Positions 9,993 through 19,331 of a stretch of DNA of 64,000 nt are shown here, in pieces (within the stretch, counting starts at the first letter, position 1; each line of letters begins with the position of its first letter). Made by a program: the position numbers and the translations under genes. This DNA is from Candidatus Marinacidobacterales bacterium (GTDB lineage: Bacteria; Acidobacteriota; Vicinamibacteria; Marinacidobacterales; DATDRI01), in contig OZ245365.1 of the NCBI GenBank assembly GCA_965226495.1, positions 4,224,001 through 4,288,000 on the forward strand, in the 5' to 3' direction. Below the pieces are notes generated by a model that was not told where the DNA came from, searched no databases, and saw only the letters and a program-made list of their open reading frames with translations.

Positions 9993-10361
9993 ATGAAGAA
10001 GAACCCGAAAGTGTACGTAGTCGACGACGATGCATCGGTGCGCAAATCGCTCGGCGGGCTACTTCGAGCGGTCGGCTATGAGGCTACGACCTTTGCTCCG
10101 GGGGAGATTTTCTGGATTCGGTGCCACTTGAGAGGGAGGGTGTCCTCATCCTGGATATTGAAATGCCGGGGCTTAGCGGCTTCGAGCTTCATCATGCTAA
10201 CCGCAGCCGGCTCGAACATGCGCATCTTCTTCATTACTGCCCACGACAGCGAGCCAGTCCGCGCGCGGGCGAGCGCAGCGGGGGTAGCGATTCTAAAGAA
10301 ACCGTTTGATGACGAAGCACTACTTGCCGCGATACACGGGCTTGAAAAGCAGAGCTCATGA
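9993..10361 (+). pseudogene. receiver-domain response regulator with two compensating frameshifts
   Basis: VYVVDDD..FITA..KKPF in one frame; LILDIEMPGLSGFEL in another frame between ~10096 and ~10193. Confidence 0.75.
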
Positions 10362-10370
10362 GGCGCATGT

Positions 10371-10412
10371 CCCCGTATTTTTTCGCTAGAAAACTCCGTA
10401 TTTTTCCGGGGT
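10371..10412 (+). promoter_or_regulatory. operator-like motif, copy 1
   Basis: ccccgtattttttcgctagaaaactccgtatttttccgggg; similar to 40765-40805. Confidence 0.5.
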
Positions 10413-10615
10413 TGCCCCTCGGGAAACGTTTGGATTACGATGCCGCGGCCTTGTTCAGGCCATCCCCATGGACACCGTTCCGCGGCACCAAGGGTATGGT
10501 CCTGGAAGGCGGTTTCCGCGGGATAAGGCCAAGGCCGGCGGGGTTGCGCAGTAATCATCGTTGCTGCGGGCGCCCCTTGTTGGGCGCCCGCTCTAGCTTC
10601 GGGTGAGGTGACGTC

Positions 10616-11617
10616 ATGAAACACGTTTTTGCCTTGCTGTTACTATCTCTCGCCGCCTGCACTCCTCTTGACAGTCCGGGGGTGGCTCAGACCACGAGCG
10701 ATCCTCTGCCATCCTGGAACGACGGTCCCACGAAACAATCCATCACGGAGTTCGTCGACACCGTGACCGATGCCTCGAGCCCCGACTTCGTGCCGCCCGA
10801 GGAGCGGATCGCGACGTTCGACAACGACGGAACGATGTGGAACGAGAAGCCGCTCTACATCCATGTCTACGCCGTTCTAGGACGCTTCAAGGAGCAGATG
10901 AAGGCGGATGCGAGCCTCGCCGACAAGGAGCCCTACAAAGCCGTCGCGACGAAGGACCTCGACTTTTTCATGGATCTCGTGGAGAAGGGCGAGTTCCTTG
11001 AGATTGTCGGGGACATCATGGGTATACCGTTCGAAGGAATGTCACCGGATGAATTTGCGCAGTGGAACCGTAAGTGGCTCGCGACCTGGAAGCATCCCAA
11101 GTTCGACGTCGGCTATCGCGATCTCATCTACCAACCGATGGTAGAGCTCTTCGACTACCTTCGAGCCAACGGCTTCGAGGTCTACCTCTGTACTGCGGAT
11201 GAAGCGGCTTTCTTGAGGTTGGTCTCGGAGGAGCTCTACGGCGTTCCTCCGCAAAACGTCCTGGGGAGCTCGGTGAAGCTCGACTACAAAGGTGAGGACG
11301 ATCCGCCGAGCGTGTTCCGAACCGATAAAGGCAATTTCCTCAACAACTGGGGCGGCAAGCCGCGGCACATCACGCAGACCATCGGTCGCGAGCCGATTCT
11401 CGCCGGGGGAAACTCCAACGGGGATTTGCACATGCTCCAATGGGTGGCAGGAGCCAAACGAAAAACACTCGCCATCCTCGTCCACCACACGGACGACCGA
11501 GAGTATCAATACGACAAGCACACCGAGAAAGTCATGCCGCTCGCGAAAGAGGGCGGCTGGACGATCGTCGACATGAAGAACGATTGGAAGACTGTTTTTC
11601 CAAACGGCAGCGATTGA
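10616..11617 (+). CDS. HAD-family hydrolase/acid phosphatase-like lipoprotein
   Basis: Lipobox LAAC, ATFDNDGT, GNSNGD. Confidence 0.88.
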   Translation: MKHVFALLLLSLAACTPLDSPGVAQTTSDPLPSWNDGPTKQSITEFVDTVTDASSPDFVPPEERIATFDNDGTMWNEKPLYIHVYAVLGRFKEQMKADASLADKEPYKAVATKDLDFFMDLVEKGEFLEIVGDIMGIPFEGMSPDEFAQWNRKWLATWKHPKFDVGYRDLIYQPMVELFDYLRANGFEVYLCTADEAAFLRLVSEELYGVPPQNVLGSSVKLDYKGEDDPPSVFRTDKGNFLNNWGGKPRHITQTIGREPILAGGNSNGDLHMLQWVAGAKRKTLAILVHHTDDREYQYDKHTEKVMPLAKEGGWTIVDMKNDWKTVFPNGSD

Positions 11618-11655
11618 CCTGAGCTGCCAGCCTCCCGGCACGCCGCCGGCGTGGC

Positions 11656-13410
11656 CTACAACGGCCAGACCATAACTAGCAGCGGTAGTGAGATCACGAC
11701 GATGAAGATTTCGAGCGGCAAGCCCATCCGCCAGTAGTCACCGAAGTGATACCCGCCGGGCCCCATGACCAGAACGTTGTTCTGATGGCCGATGGGAGTT
11801 AGGAACGCACACGATGCCCCGATGGCGGTCGCCATCAGAAAGGGGTCGGCGTTGACGTTGAGCGCGGCGGCCACGCTGGTTGCGATCGGGGCCATGATGA
11901 CGGCGGTCGCCGCGTTGTTCATGAGATCGGAAAGCGTCATCGTGATAATCATGATCGCCGCGAGAACGGCGATGGGGTGTACTGCCGAGCCCAGCTGAGC
12001 AATGACGCCCGCAATCCACTGGGTTCCTCCCGTCGTCTGAAGAGCCTGCCCGAGGGGAATCATGAAGGCCAAGAGAATAATGACCGGCCAATCGATGGTT
12101 TCGTAGACCTGCCGGGGCGTGAGGACGTTAAAGACGACGAGCGCGGCGACCGCAGCTCCGAACGCGATCTCCACCGGCAGAATGCCCGCCGCGGTGACAC
12201 CGATGGCCCCGAGGAATATGGCAACGGGCAAAAAGGTCTCCCGACGCTTTCCGAGCTGGAGCCCGCGCTCCGCCAGCGGGAGAACGTCGAGCGAGGCCAC
12301 GGTGTCGGCAAGCGTCTCAGACTCTCCTTGAAGAAGCAGCACGTCTCCGGCGCGCAACTTGACCTTGCGGAGCCTGGTCTTGATGGGTCTTCCCTCTCGG
12401 GATATGGCAAGTAGGTTTGCGTTATAACGCGATCGTAGTCTGAGGCTTGCGCACGTTCGACCTTCGATTCTGGCACCGCGAGGGATGACGGCTTCGATCA
12501 AGGCCATCTCGTCAGCGCGCGGGGCCTCTGCGTCATCGTCCTTCTTGCCGGCCAACTCGAGCCCGGCGGCTTTCATCAACTTGTCTAAGTCTCCCGGATC
12601 CGCCTCCATCAATAAAATGTCGCCCTCTTCTAGCATTTCGTGCCTCGGTGCTCCGGGCAGACGCTTTCTTCGGCGAATCAGGGAAACCGCCATGACCTCG
12701 CCCTCTGACATTTTCTCTAACTCCTCGACCTCCTTCCCCACCGACTTCGAACCCTTGGGCACCTTCACTTCGACAACGTAGTTCGCAATCTCAAAGAGAT
12801 CTTGTGGCGGCTTCTGACCACGACGCTCTTTCGGAATCAGCCTCCATCCAAGAAACGTGATGTAGAGGACGCCGACGATCGCCAGCGGCACGCCGACCGG
12901 CGAAAACGCGAACAACCCGAACGGCTCGCCCGCGGCGTCCGCCCGGTAGGAGCCGATGATGATGTTGGGAGGCGTCCCGATGAGCGTAGTGAGGCCACCG
13001 AGAATCGAACCGAAGGAGAGAGGCATCAAGATCTGCGCGGGAGGTAGTCCCGATTGCAGCGCCAAAGGCATCAGTAGCGCGAGCGCGGCGACATTATTCA
13101 TAAAGGCGGAGAGAAAGGCGGCCAAGACGGTGAGCGCCCCTATCATCAGAAGTGGACGCTGATTGAAAACGGTAAGGCCGCGGGCCAGTCGATCGATGAG
13201 ACCCGAGCGCTGCAAGCCACGGCTAAGTACCAGTGCCGCGGCGACTGTGATGACGGCGGGGTGGCCTAGGCCAGAGTAAGCGTCTTCAAACGGCACCACA
13301 CCGGCCAATACTCCGACCGTAAGGCAGACGAAGGCGACCACGTCGTAGCGCCAGCGTCCCCAGATAAAGAGGACGAGCGCGGCGCCAAGGATACTGAACG
13401 TAATTAGCAT
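11656..13410 (-). CDS. SLC13-family permease with two TrkA-C domains
   Basis: SAFMNN, TLIGTPPNII, FLTPIGHQNN; likely ATG at 13410. Confidence 0.9.
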   Translation of the reverse strand: MLITFSILGAALVLFIWGRWRYDVVAFVCLTVGVLAGVVPFEDAYSGLGHPAVITVAAALVLSRGLQRSGLIDRLARGLTVFNQRPLLMIGALTVLAAFLSAFMNNVAALALLMPLALQSGLPPAQILMPLSFGSILGGLTTLIGTPPNIIIGSYRADAAGEPFGLFAFSPVGVPLAIVGVLYITFLGWRLIPKERRGQKPPQDLFEIANYVVEVKVPKGSKSVGKEVEELEKMSEGEVMAVSLIRRRKRLPGAPRHEMLEEGDILLMEADPGDLDKLMKAAGLELAGKKDDDAEAPRADEMALIEAVIPRGARIEGRTCASLRLRSRYNANLLAISREGRPIKTRLRKVKLRAGDVLLLQGESETLADTVASLDVLPLAERGLQLGKRRETFLPVAIFLGAIGVTAAGILPVEIAFGAAVAALVVFNVLTPRQVYETIDWPVIILLAFMIPLGQALQTTGGTQWIAGVIAQLGSAVHPIAVLAAIMIITMTLSDLMNNAATAVIMAPIATSVAAALNVNADPFLMATAIGASCAFLTPIGHQNNVLVMGPGGYHFGDYWRMGLPLEIFIVVISLPLLVMVWPL

Positions 13411-13423
13411 CGGTCGGAAGTCC

Positions 13424-15436
13424 TTACCAGATATAATTCTTCGCGATGTCTCGCTTGTCTCGTCCCGCCAGGAGATGCACAACGCGGATCTTTTTCACCG
13501 TCACCGGTGACATCGCACCGAGAGGAATGTGAATGATACGCTTCTTCTGCGAAGCGGCGTAGCGATGCATCGCCGGTGAAGGCGCATCCTTCGCCAGGTG
13601 GACCACGAACTTTTCTTCACTGTAATCCACCGCCGACATGAGCAGAACTTCCCCTTTCTCCTTGGCAAGACGGTACTCCCGATCCTGCCAGACATCGAAG
13701 ACTCGGCGCGGTGGGTACGTCATCATAAATCCACCGTACGTCGCGCGCATGATACCCGGCCCCACAACCTGCCCCCCTGGATCGGTGGAGTAAAACGCCA
13801 TGTCCGACTCTTGTTCATCTTCGCCGAGCCATGTCATGCAGTAAGGAAAACTCTCGCCCTCGCGGTCTCGATCGAAAATCACGACGACCGATCCCGCCTC
13901 TCCCAATGAGCGACCCAGCTCCTGAACGTAGATTCGACCTTCGTGTAGGTTGCGGAGGGTTTCCCGCATGTCGATACCGTCGAGCATAGTGCTGGTAAAG
14001 GGCTCGGTTCGTTTGCGCTCGGCGGAGAGAATGGCGACCGCCTTGCTCTGAAGGTATCGCGCATAGTCTTCGATCACGATGTCTTCGGGGCGATGGGAGC
14101 AAAGGCCCGTCGGATCGAAAGCGTCGAGCCACTTTTGCGGGTCGTCGGTCGTCGGCCGCTCCCGCACCGGAACACGCATCGGACGCTGCTTGACGCGAAA
14201 GAAGCGTTTGCGAAACGTGATCTTCCGCGTGCCGAGATCGAGCTCCTCCCCATCGACGCGCGCCGTGGCCAGCTCCGCGGTCTCCTTCTGCCAGGGGTAG
14301 GTGCGCGCCACGTCGAAAACCTCCCAAGCCAGGTTGTCGTCTCCGACTCCCCGTGCGGCGACTGCCCATTCGTAGAGTCCGGGGACCAAGACACCCTGAA
14401 GCCGGGCGTAGCGGCGTCCAAAGTCCAAAAACACTTTCCGCTGCCAAGGTTGAACTTTTTCTCGGGTCTGCCCTTCGTACGATGAAGCGCCGATGCGCCA
14501 AACGACATTCTGCAGTGCTCGGCGATCGGGGAACCGTTTTTTCGTAAATGGGGCCTGGTGTCCGTGGTACGCGGCGTACCGGGCCACATTCATTGGGCGC
14601 TCTTTCGCTTGCCCATCCTTCTCTCCGGTGATGACCCTAAGCCCGTACTGGACCCATGAAACTTGACGCGAAAGCGCCGAGTGCAGCTCGACCTCCTCGG
14701 GAACCTCTCCATCCCGCAAAAGTTCGAAGACGGAATGTGCCAGCGGCGGATCGGGCAGGATCGCGGTGAGACTGTCTGGATGGAGATGGCGAATATCGGC
14801 GTGACTACGTTTGACGCGGACAAACGGCTCCGCAGTGGGCTTTTTCAACAGACGACCCACCGCCCGCACGTGCGCCGCCCCGAGCAGGGACAGCAATGGA
14901 CCAGGGGGGCAAACCTCTCTCGCTTGTTTGATGCGGTGAGCCATGCCCGATTCACGTTGTCGATCCACATCGCTCGACGGCGCTCGGTCACTTTGCTCGA
15001 CCAGAAGCTCGAGGTATTTCTGCGGCCCGAGGTTCCAGAGTGCGTAGGGATCGGGCACCGGATCCCTTCGACGCTCCTCGTAAGGAATATCGGGATCCAC
15101 GAAGAACACTGATTTTTCACGCTCGTTCGCCCAGCGGAGCGCTTCGGCAAACGGATCGCCGGGAACGGAGACCCAGACCAGAGCGTCTTCGCCACTTCGC
15201 TCGGAGATGACGAGCGAGATCTTGGGCAGACGCCGGATCGCTTTGAGAACGATATCGGTCAGGCTGGTTGGTAGCTCAACTGCGATGCCGGCGGGATTCA
15301 GCTCATCCAAAACGGCCCGCACCACCGAGGCCACGTCAAGGCGGTCGTGCACAACCGGAAGTAGGTGCACACCGGGGACAACCTCCGGAGTCAAAGCCTT
15401 CAGGTTGGTCTTACTCTTGTGGCGCTTTCGGCCCAT
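13424..15436 (-). CDS. uncharacterised protein, TraB/TIKI-like N-terminal domain
   Basis: 670 aa; VVH, AVELP, RESGMA, GAAH motifs; coupled to the AAA gene. Confidence 0.7.
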   Translation of the reverse strand: MGRKRHKSKTNLKALTPEVVPGVHLLPVVHDRLDVASVVRAVLDELNPAGIAVELPTSLTDIVLKAIRRLPKISLVISERSGEDALVWVSVPGDPFAEALRWANEREKSVFFVDPDIPYEERRRDPVPDPYALWNLGPQKYLELLVEQSDRAPSSDVDRQRESGMAHRIKQAREVCPPGPLLSLLGAAHVRAVGRLLKKPTAEPFVRVKRSHADIRHLHPDSLTAILPDPPLAHSVFELLRDGEVPEEVELHSALSRQVSWVQYGLRVITGEKDGQAKERPMNVARYAAYHGHQAPFTKKRFPDRRALQNVVWRIGASSYEGQTREKVQPWQRKVFLDFGRRYARLQGVLVPGLYEWAVAARGVGDDNLAWEVFDVARTYPWQKETAELATARVDGEELDLGTRKITFRKRFFRVKQRPMRVPVRERPTTDDPQKWLDAFDPTGLCSHRPEDIVIEDYARYLQSKAVAILSAERKRTEPFTSTMLDGIDMRETLRNLHEGRIYVQELGRSLGEAGSVVVIFDRDREGESFPYCMTWLGEDEQESDMAFYSTDPGGQVVGPGIMRATYGGFMMTYPPRRVFDVWQDREYRLAKEKGEVLLMSAVDYSEEKFVVHLAKDAPSPAMHRYAASQKKRIIHIPLGAMSPVTVKKIRVVHLLAGRDKRDIAKNYIW

Positions 15437-15445
15437 ATCGACGCG

Positions 15446-16315
15446 TCAAAATATGTCGAACTGCTTGGCTTCCTCGGCTCCCATCGCCAATTCGAGCGCT
15501 TTGTCTACGGCGGACTTGGCGTCCGGCGCGCGCTTGGTGTGCAACATCTTCATCGCGTAGCGCACGACGTTCATCCCGTCCCTAACGGTGTAGCGAAGAT
15601 CGGCTTCGTGCGCGGCCTGCAGGTAGGCAAGGACGTAGTTCAGCACATCGTCGTCGGCGAAAGGAATCTGCTCCTTCAGAATCGCGCGTTCTTCATCTTC
15701 TTCGGGGAAGTCCACATAGATTTGCGGCATCAGGCGCGAGTGGATGTACTCAGGAACCTCGTAGGTCGACGCGTCTTCGTTCATGGTGGTCACGAAACGA
15801 AATTCGTCATGAGCAGAGACCTTGACGCCGGCAACAAGACTCTCCGCGTAACGACGATGATCGAGAAGTGGTGCCAAAGAGGCCCAAGACTTCTCGCTCA
15901 TACGATTGGCCTCGTCGAGAACGCAAGCCCCGCCTCGAACCATAGCGCTTACCAGAGGAGAGGCCATGTACCGTACCCCACCAGCGGGATCGAGGACCGG
16001 CGAAACCAAGAGATCCTCCGGGCGCGTATCCATCGTCGCCTGCATGATGTAGACCTCCAGGCCTAGCTCCTGTGCGGCGGCGCACGCCAGAGTCGTTTTG
16101 CCGACGCCCGGCTTGCCGAGGAGACGCGGATGAAGAGGTACATCCTTCTCTTCGACACGGGTCCAGGCGGCCAGAAGCTGCAACAAAACTTCGCGCTGCC
16201 CCACCCACGTCGGAACTTTCTTTTCCGGCGAAGTGAGGTGAAGAGTCACCCCTTCGATCTCGATGGTCTTGGCTTTCTTAACCGGCTTCACTCTGTCCCC
16301 ACGCGCATCACCCAT
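15446..16315 (-). CDS. MoxR-like AAA+ ATPase
   Basis: Walker A GKPGVGKT, Walker B VLDE, TMN sensor. Confidence 0.9.
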   Translation of the reverse strand: MGDARGDRVKPVKKAKTIEIEGVTLHLTSPEKKVPTWVGQREVLLQLLAAWTRVEEKDVPLHPRLLGKPGVGKTTLACAAAQELGLEVYIMQATMDTRPEDLLVSPVLDPAGGVRYMASPLVSAMVRGGACVLDEANRMSEKSWASLAPLLDHRRYAESLVAGVKVSAHDEFRFVTTMNEDASTYEVPEYIHSRLMPQIYVDFPEEDEERAILKEQIPFADDDVLNYVLAYLQAAHEADLRYTVRDGMNVVRYAMKMLHTKRAPDAKSAVDKALELAMGAEEAKQFDIF

Positions 16316-16378
16316 TATTACACCCCAGGGAGGTTTATATCGCTTTCACGGGTTCTGAAACCATTCTCGTCTAGTGAC

Positions 16379-16407
16379 TTGACAGGTCATATCAAAGTGA
16401 CTATTAT
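16379..16407 (+). promoter_or_regulatory. sigma-70 promoter of the TA module, probably leaderless
   Basis: TTGACA-17nt-TATTAT with ATG at 16414; gtca..tgac inverted repeat in the spacer. Confidence 0.75.
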
Positions 16408-16413
16408 GGACAT

Positions 16414-16707
16414 ATGAAAAAGGCAGGAGTGGCCGAATTGAAAGCCCGTCTGACGACCTACCTCAAAAGAGTCAAAGCGGGAGACGAGGTTCTGATCACG
16501 GAGCGCGGGCAGCCCGTAGCGAAACTGGTGCCGCTCGACGGAGCGGAAAAGCGCGGTCCGCGGCGGGAGCGACTTGCGAAAGCCGGGCTGCTGCAGTTGG
16601 GCCGAGGTAGGGTACCGAAGTCCTGTTTGTCAGCGCCGGCTGGCCCGTCCAAGATCGGCGAGGAGGTGCTCGCGGCCCTTCTATCCGAGAGGGCAGAGGG
16701 CCGCTAG
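16414..16707 (+). CDS. vapB: Phd/YefM-family antitoxin
   Basis: ELKARLTTYLKRVKAGDEVLITERGQPVAKLVP. Confidence 0.88.
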   Translation: MKKAGVAELKARLTTYLKRVKAGDEVLITERGQPVAKLVPLDGAEKRGPRRERLAKAGLLQLGRGRVPKSCLSAPAGPSKIGEEVLAALLSERAEGR

Positions 16708-17130
16708 TTGTTCTGGGACAGCTCAGCGCTCGTTCCGCTCCTTCTACCTGAGCCGAGGTCTAACGAAATGGTTTCGCTCGCAAGCCTGGGCGAAGTCCCT
16801 GTTGTGTGGTGGGCCAGCCCGGTCGAATGCAAATCGGCTATCTACCGACGTCATCGGGAAGCGCCGATGCCGCGCTCAGTACTCGACATCGCCCTCGAGA
16901 GGTTGGCGTCCTTTTTCCTCTACGCCGATACAGTTCAAGCAACGGAGGAACTGCGCTCAAGAGCTGGGCGGCTGCTGGCCGTGCATCCGTTGCGGGCGGC
17001 GGATGCGTTGCAACTCGCGGCCGCCCTTGTCGCGTGCGCCGAAGAGCCGATCGGAGAAAAACTCGTTAGCCTGGATCAGCGGTTGCGTGAGGCGGCCATT
17101 CGAGAAGGCTTCGCGGTTATCCCTAACTGA
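16708..17130 (+). CDS. vapC: PIN-domain toxin
   Basis: FWDSSAL, LRAADALQLAAA, SLDQRL. Confidence 0.9.
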   Translation: MFWDSSALVPLLLPEPRSNEMVSLASLGEVPVVWWASPVECKSAIYRRHREAPMPRSVLDIALERLASFFLYADTVQATEELRSRAGRLLAVHPLRAADALQLAAALVACAEEPIGEKLVSLDQRLREAAIREGFAVIPN

Positions 17131-18016
17131 GCCGTTGAGTGAGTGCAGCGCCGGGGACTTGGCCGGCGGCGTGATAGGAGCTTCGAACCAAAGGCCCGGA
17201 CTCGACGTGGCGAAAGCCAGTCCCTTCCCCGACGCGCTTCAGCTCGCGAAACTCGTCGGGGTGATAAAAGCGCTCAACCGGTAGGTGTTCCTTGGTTGGC
17301 TGGAGATATTGGCCGATCGTAAACACTTCGACGCGAGCCTGTACTAGTTCTTTCATGACACCCACGATCTCGTCAAAGTCCTCACCCAGCCCGACCATGA
17401 TTCCCGTCTTGCTCACGACTTCGGGAGCAAGCGTCTTGGCGCGCTCTAGCAGTTCTATCGACTGAGAATAGTTGGCTCCCGGTCGCACCCGCTTATAGAG
17501 GCGGGGGACGGTCTCGACGTTGTGGTTCAAAATCTCGGGTCGAGCCGTCAACACTCTTTCAAGGGCTGGCTTCGAACCTTTGAAGTCCGGTATCAAGACT
17601 TCGATGGTGGTATCCGGATTGTCGCGCCTCACGGCTTCGATGGTGCGGGCGAAGATAGTAGCGCCGCCGTCCGGTAGCTCATCGCGATTGACCGAAGTGA
17701 TCACCACGTGTCGCAAACCCATAGCCTTCACCGCCGCGGCGACACGAGACGGCTCGTTCAAATCGAGCGTGGTGGGCAATCCGGTGGTCACGGCGCAGAA
17801 GCCGCAGGCCCGAGTACAGATCTCACCCAGAATCATGAAGGTAGCGGTCCCCTGCCCCCAGCATTCGGCCACATTGGGACATCGGGCCTCCTCGCAAACA
17901 GTGTGGAGATTGTGCTCCCGCATCACCGACTTGAGGCGCGTGTAGTTTTCCCCGCCGGGGAGCCTTACCCGGAGCCAATCCGGCCGAGGGGATTTCGTAG
18001 CTACCATTGCCACCAT
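17123..18016 (-). CDS. lipA: lipoyl synthase
   Basis: CEEARCPNVAEC, CTRACGFC, RSSYHA. Confidence 0.97.
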   Translation of the reverse strand: MVAMVATKSPRPDWLRVRLPGGENYTRLKSVMREHNLHTVCEEARCPNVAECWGQGTATFMILGEICTRACGFCAVTTGLPTTLDLNEPSRVAAAVKAMGLRHVVITSVNRDELPDGGATIFARTIEAVRRDNPDTTIEVLIPDFKGSKPALERVLTARPEILNHNVETVPRLYKRVRPGANYSQSIELLERAKTLAPEVVSKTGIMVGLGEDFDEIVGVMKELVQARVEVFTIGQYLQPTKEHLPVERFYHPDEFRELKRVGEGTGFRHVESGPLVRSSYHAAGQVPGAALTQRLS

Positions 18017-18027
18017 TCTATAGAGAT

Positions 18028-19101
18028 CTAGACAGGATGGAAACGCGGGAGGTCGCCGGCTACGGGCAAGCGCTTCCGCCGAGAGGAATCGATCTTCCCT
18101 TGGATGAAAGCAACACCGAACGTCCGCTCAGCAGTTAGACGATTGTGTGGTCCGCAGTGAAGGCGCAGATTCCGCTCGGCGTGGCTGCCATTCAAGGCAA
18201 AGGCCCGCAAGTGCTCGACTTCGAGTCCCGTGCGTGCACGACACCGGGTCCGGTCTTGACCCCGGAATTCACACTGGTAGTCGGCCCGATCTTGAACGCG
18301 CTCCCGGACCTCAGAAGGTATGTAGCGGGACCTCGCGGAAACCTTGTCCAGACGGGATTTTTTGTTACTTTTCGACACCCTCTGGAGTCGCCGTTCACGC
18401 TTCCTCTTCAGATCTTTCTTGTCGAGCGCGATATCCAGGGCCTGCTCCATGATCTCGGCCATGCGTTGCTGGGAGTTTTCGACACCGAGGACCTCAGCCA
18501 GCCGCTCGAACTTCTCCTTAAACTTTCGGTCGGCGGCGAAGCGGAAATTGAACACCTCCGGCTTGGCGGGCTCGAGGATAGTCGGTGACACCCACGGAGT
18601 CGGGCGCGCTTTCTGAACCGGCAGCGGCTGGGGCGCCGGCATGGTTGGCACCTTCCTAACCGAGGGCGCGAAGACGGGCTTGGGTCGGAGCGCGATAAGG
18701 TGCTCCTCTGCCTCTCGTTTGGTCATTCCAGCACAATCCCCAAGAAGCTTCTCGACGTTGCTCTCGGTGAGAACAGGGGCGAGGAGACCCGCCACGGTGA
18801 GACTCAATCGGTTCTCAGCTAACGCCACGAGTAACTGAGGGAACCGTCTCGACACATTAGCCACCTGAATCCGCCGGGCGACCGAGCCTTCGCTCAGATT
18901 CAATCGCTCGGTACAGTACGCGAACAGACTCTTATACCCACGTTGCAGATAGCCCTTTCTTCTCGACATCTCCGCGATGTGAGCGATGATGAGCGCTACG
19001 TTTCGCTTCTCTGCACGGACCCGCTGCTCGGTTGAGCGGTCGAGCTCTTCGGTGGATAGACTTTCGAGCGTTTCGAAGTATGTCTTTACTTTTTCGATCA
19101 T
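18028..19101 (-). CDS. DUF222-like HNH endonuclease, copy 1
   Basis: GYKSLFAYC helical N-terminus; C-terminal RYIP..CEF..RC..EVEH..NLRLHCGPHN; ATG 19101 after GAGGGGG. Confidence 0.85.
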   Translation of the reverse strand: MIEKVKTYFETLESLSTEELDRSTEQRVRAEKRNVALIIAHIAEMSRRKGYLQRGYKSLFAYCTERLNLSEGSVARRIQVANVSRRFPQLLVALAENRLSLTVAGLLAPVLTESNVEKLLGDCAGMTKREAEEHLIALRPKPVFAPSVRKVPTMPAPQPLPVQKARPTPWVSPTILEPAKPEVFNFRFAADRKFKEKFERLAEVLGVENSQQRMAEIMEQALDIALDKKDLKRKRERRLQRVSKSNKKSRLDKVSARSRYIPSEVRERVQDRADYQCEFRGQDRTRCRARTGLEVEHLRAFALNGSHAERNLRLHCGPHNRLTAERTFGVAFIQGKIDSSRRKRLPVAGDLPRFHPV

Positions 19102-19318
19102 GGCCGTTGCCCCCTCTCCTAAATATAGCAACGGACTTTTTTGTAGCCTCAGTGGTCTTGGGCGAGTAGCAAACGGACTCAGTCTAAAAAATACTCAAGA
19201 TTGTAGAGAAAGGGTGCGAGAGGGCACGTGTGGGTTTCCTGAAGGTAACTGTGCTAATAGCTCTTTGCTTTTCGATTTCGTATCACGAAACTTGTCAAGT
19301 CTTTCTTGATCTTTTTTT
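19102..19318 (-). other. AT-rich non-coding leader of HNH copy 1
   Basis: Colinear similarity to 50888-51120. Confidence 0.7.
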
Positions 19319-19331
19319 CCGCTGCTTCTAT

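Noticed and set aside
19229-19309. Possible antisense peptide in the HNH leaders (CGFPEGNCANSSLLFDFVSRNLSS vs CAFQRGIYTNDRSLFQIASKNLSS)
   Set aside because: A few synonymous changes, but starts, stops and lengths differ between copies; two sequences are not enough.
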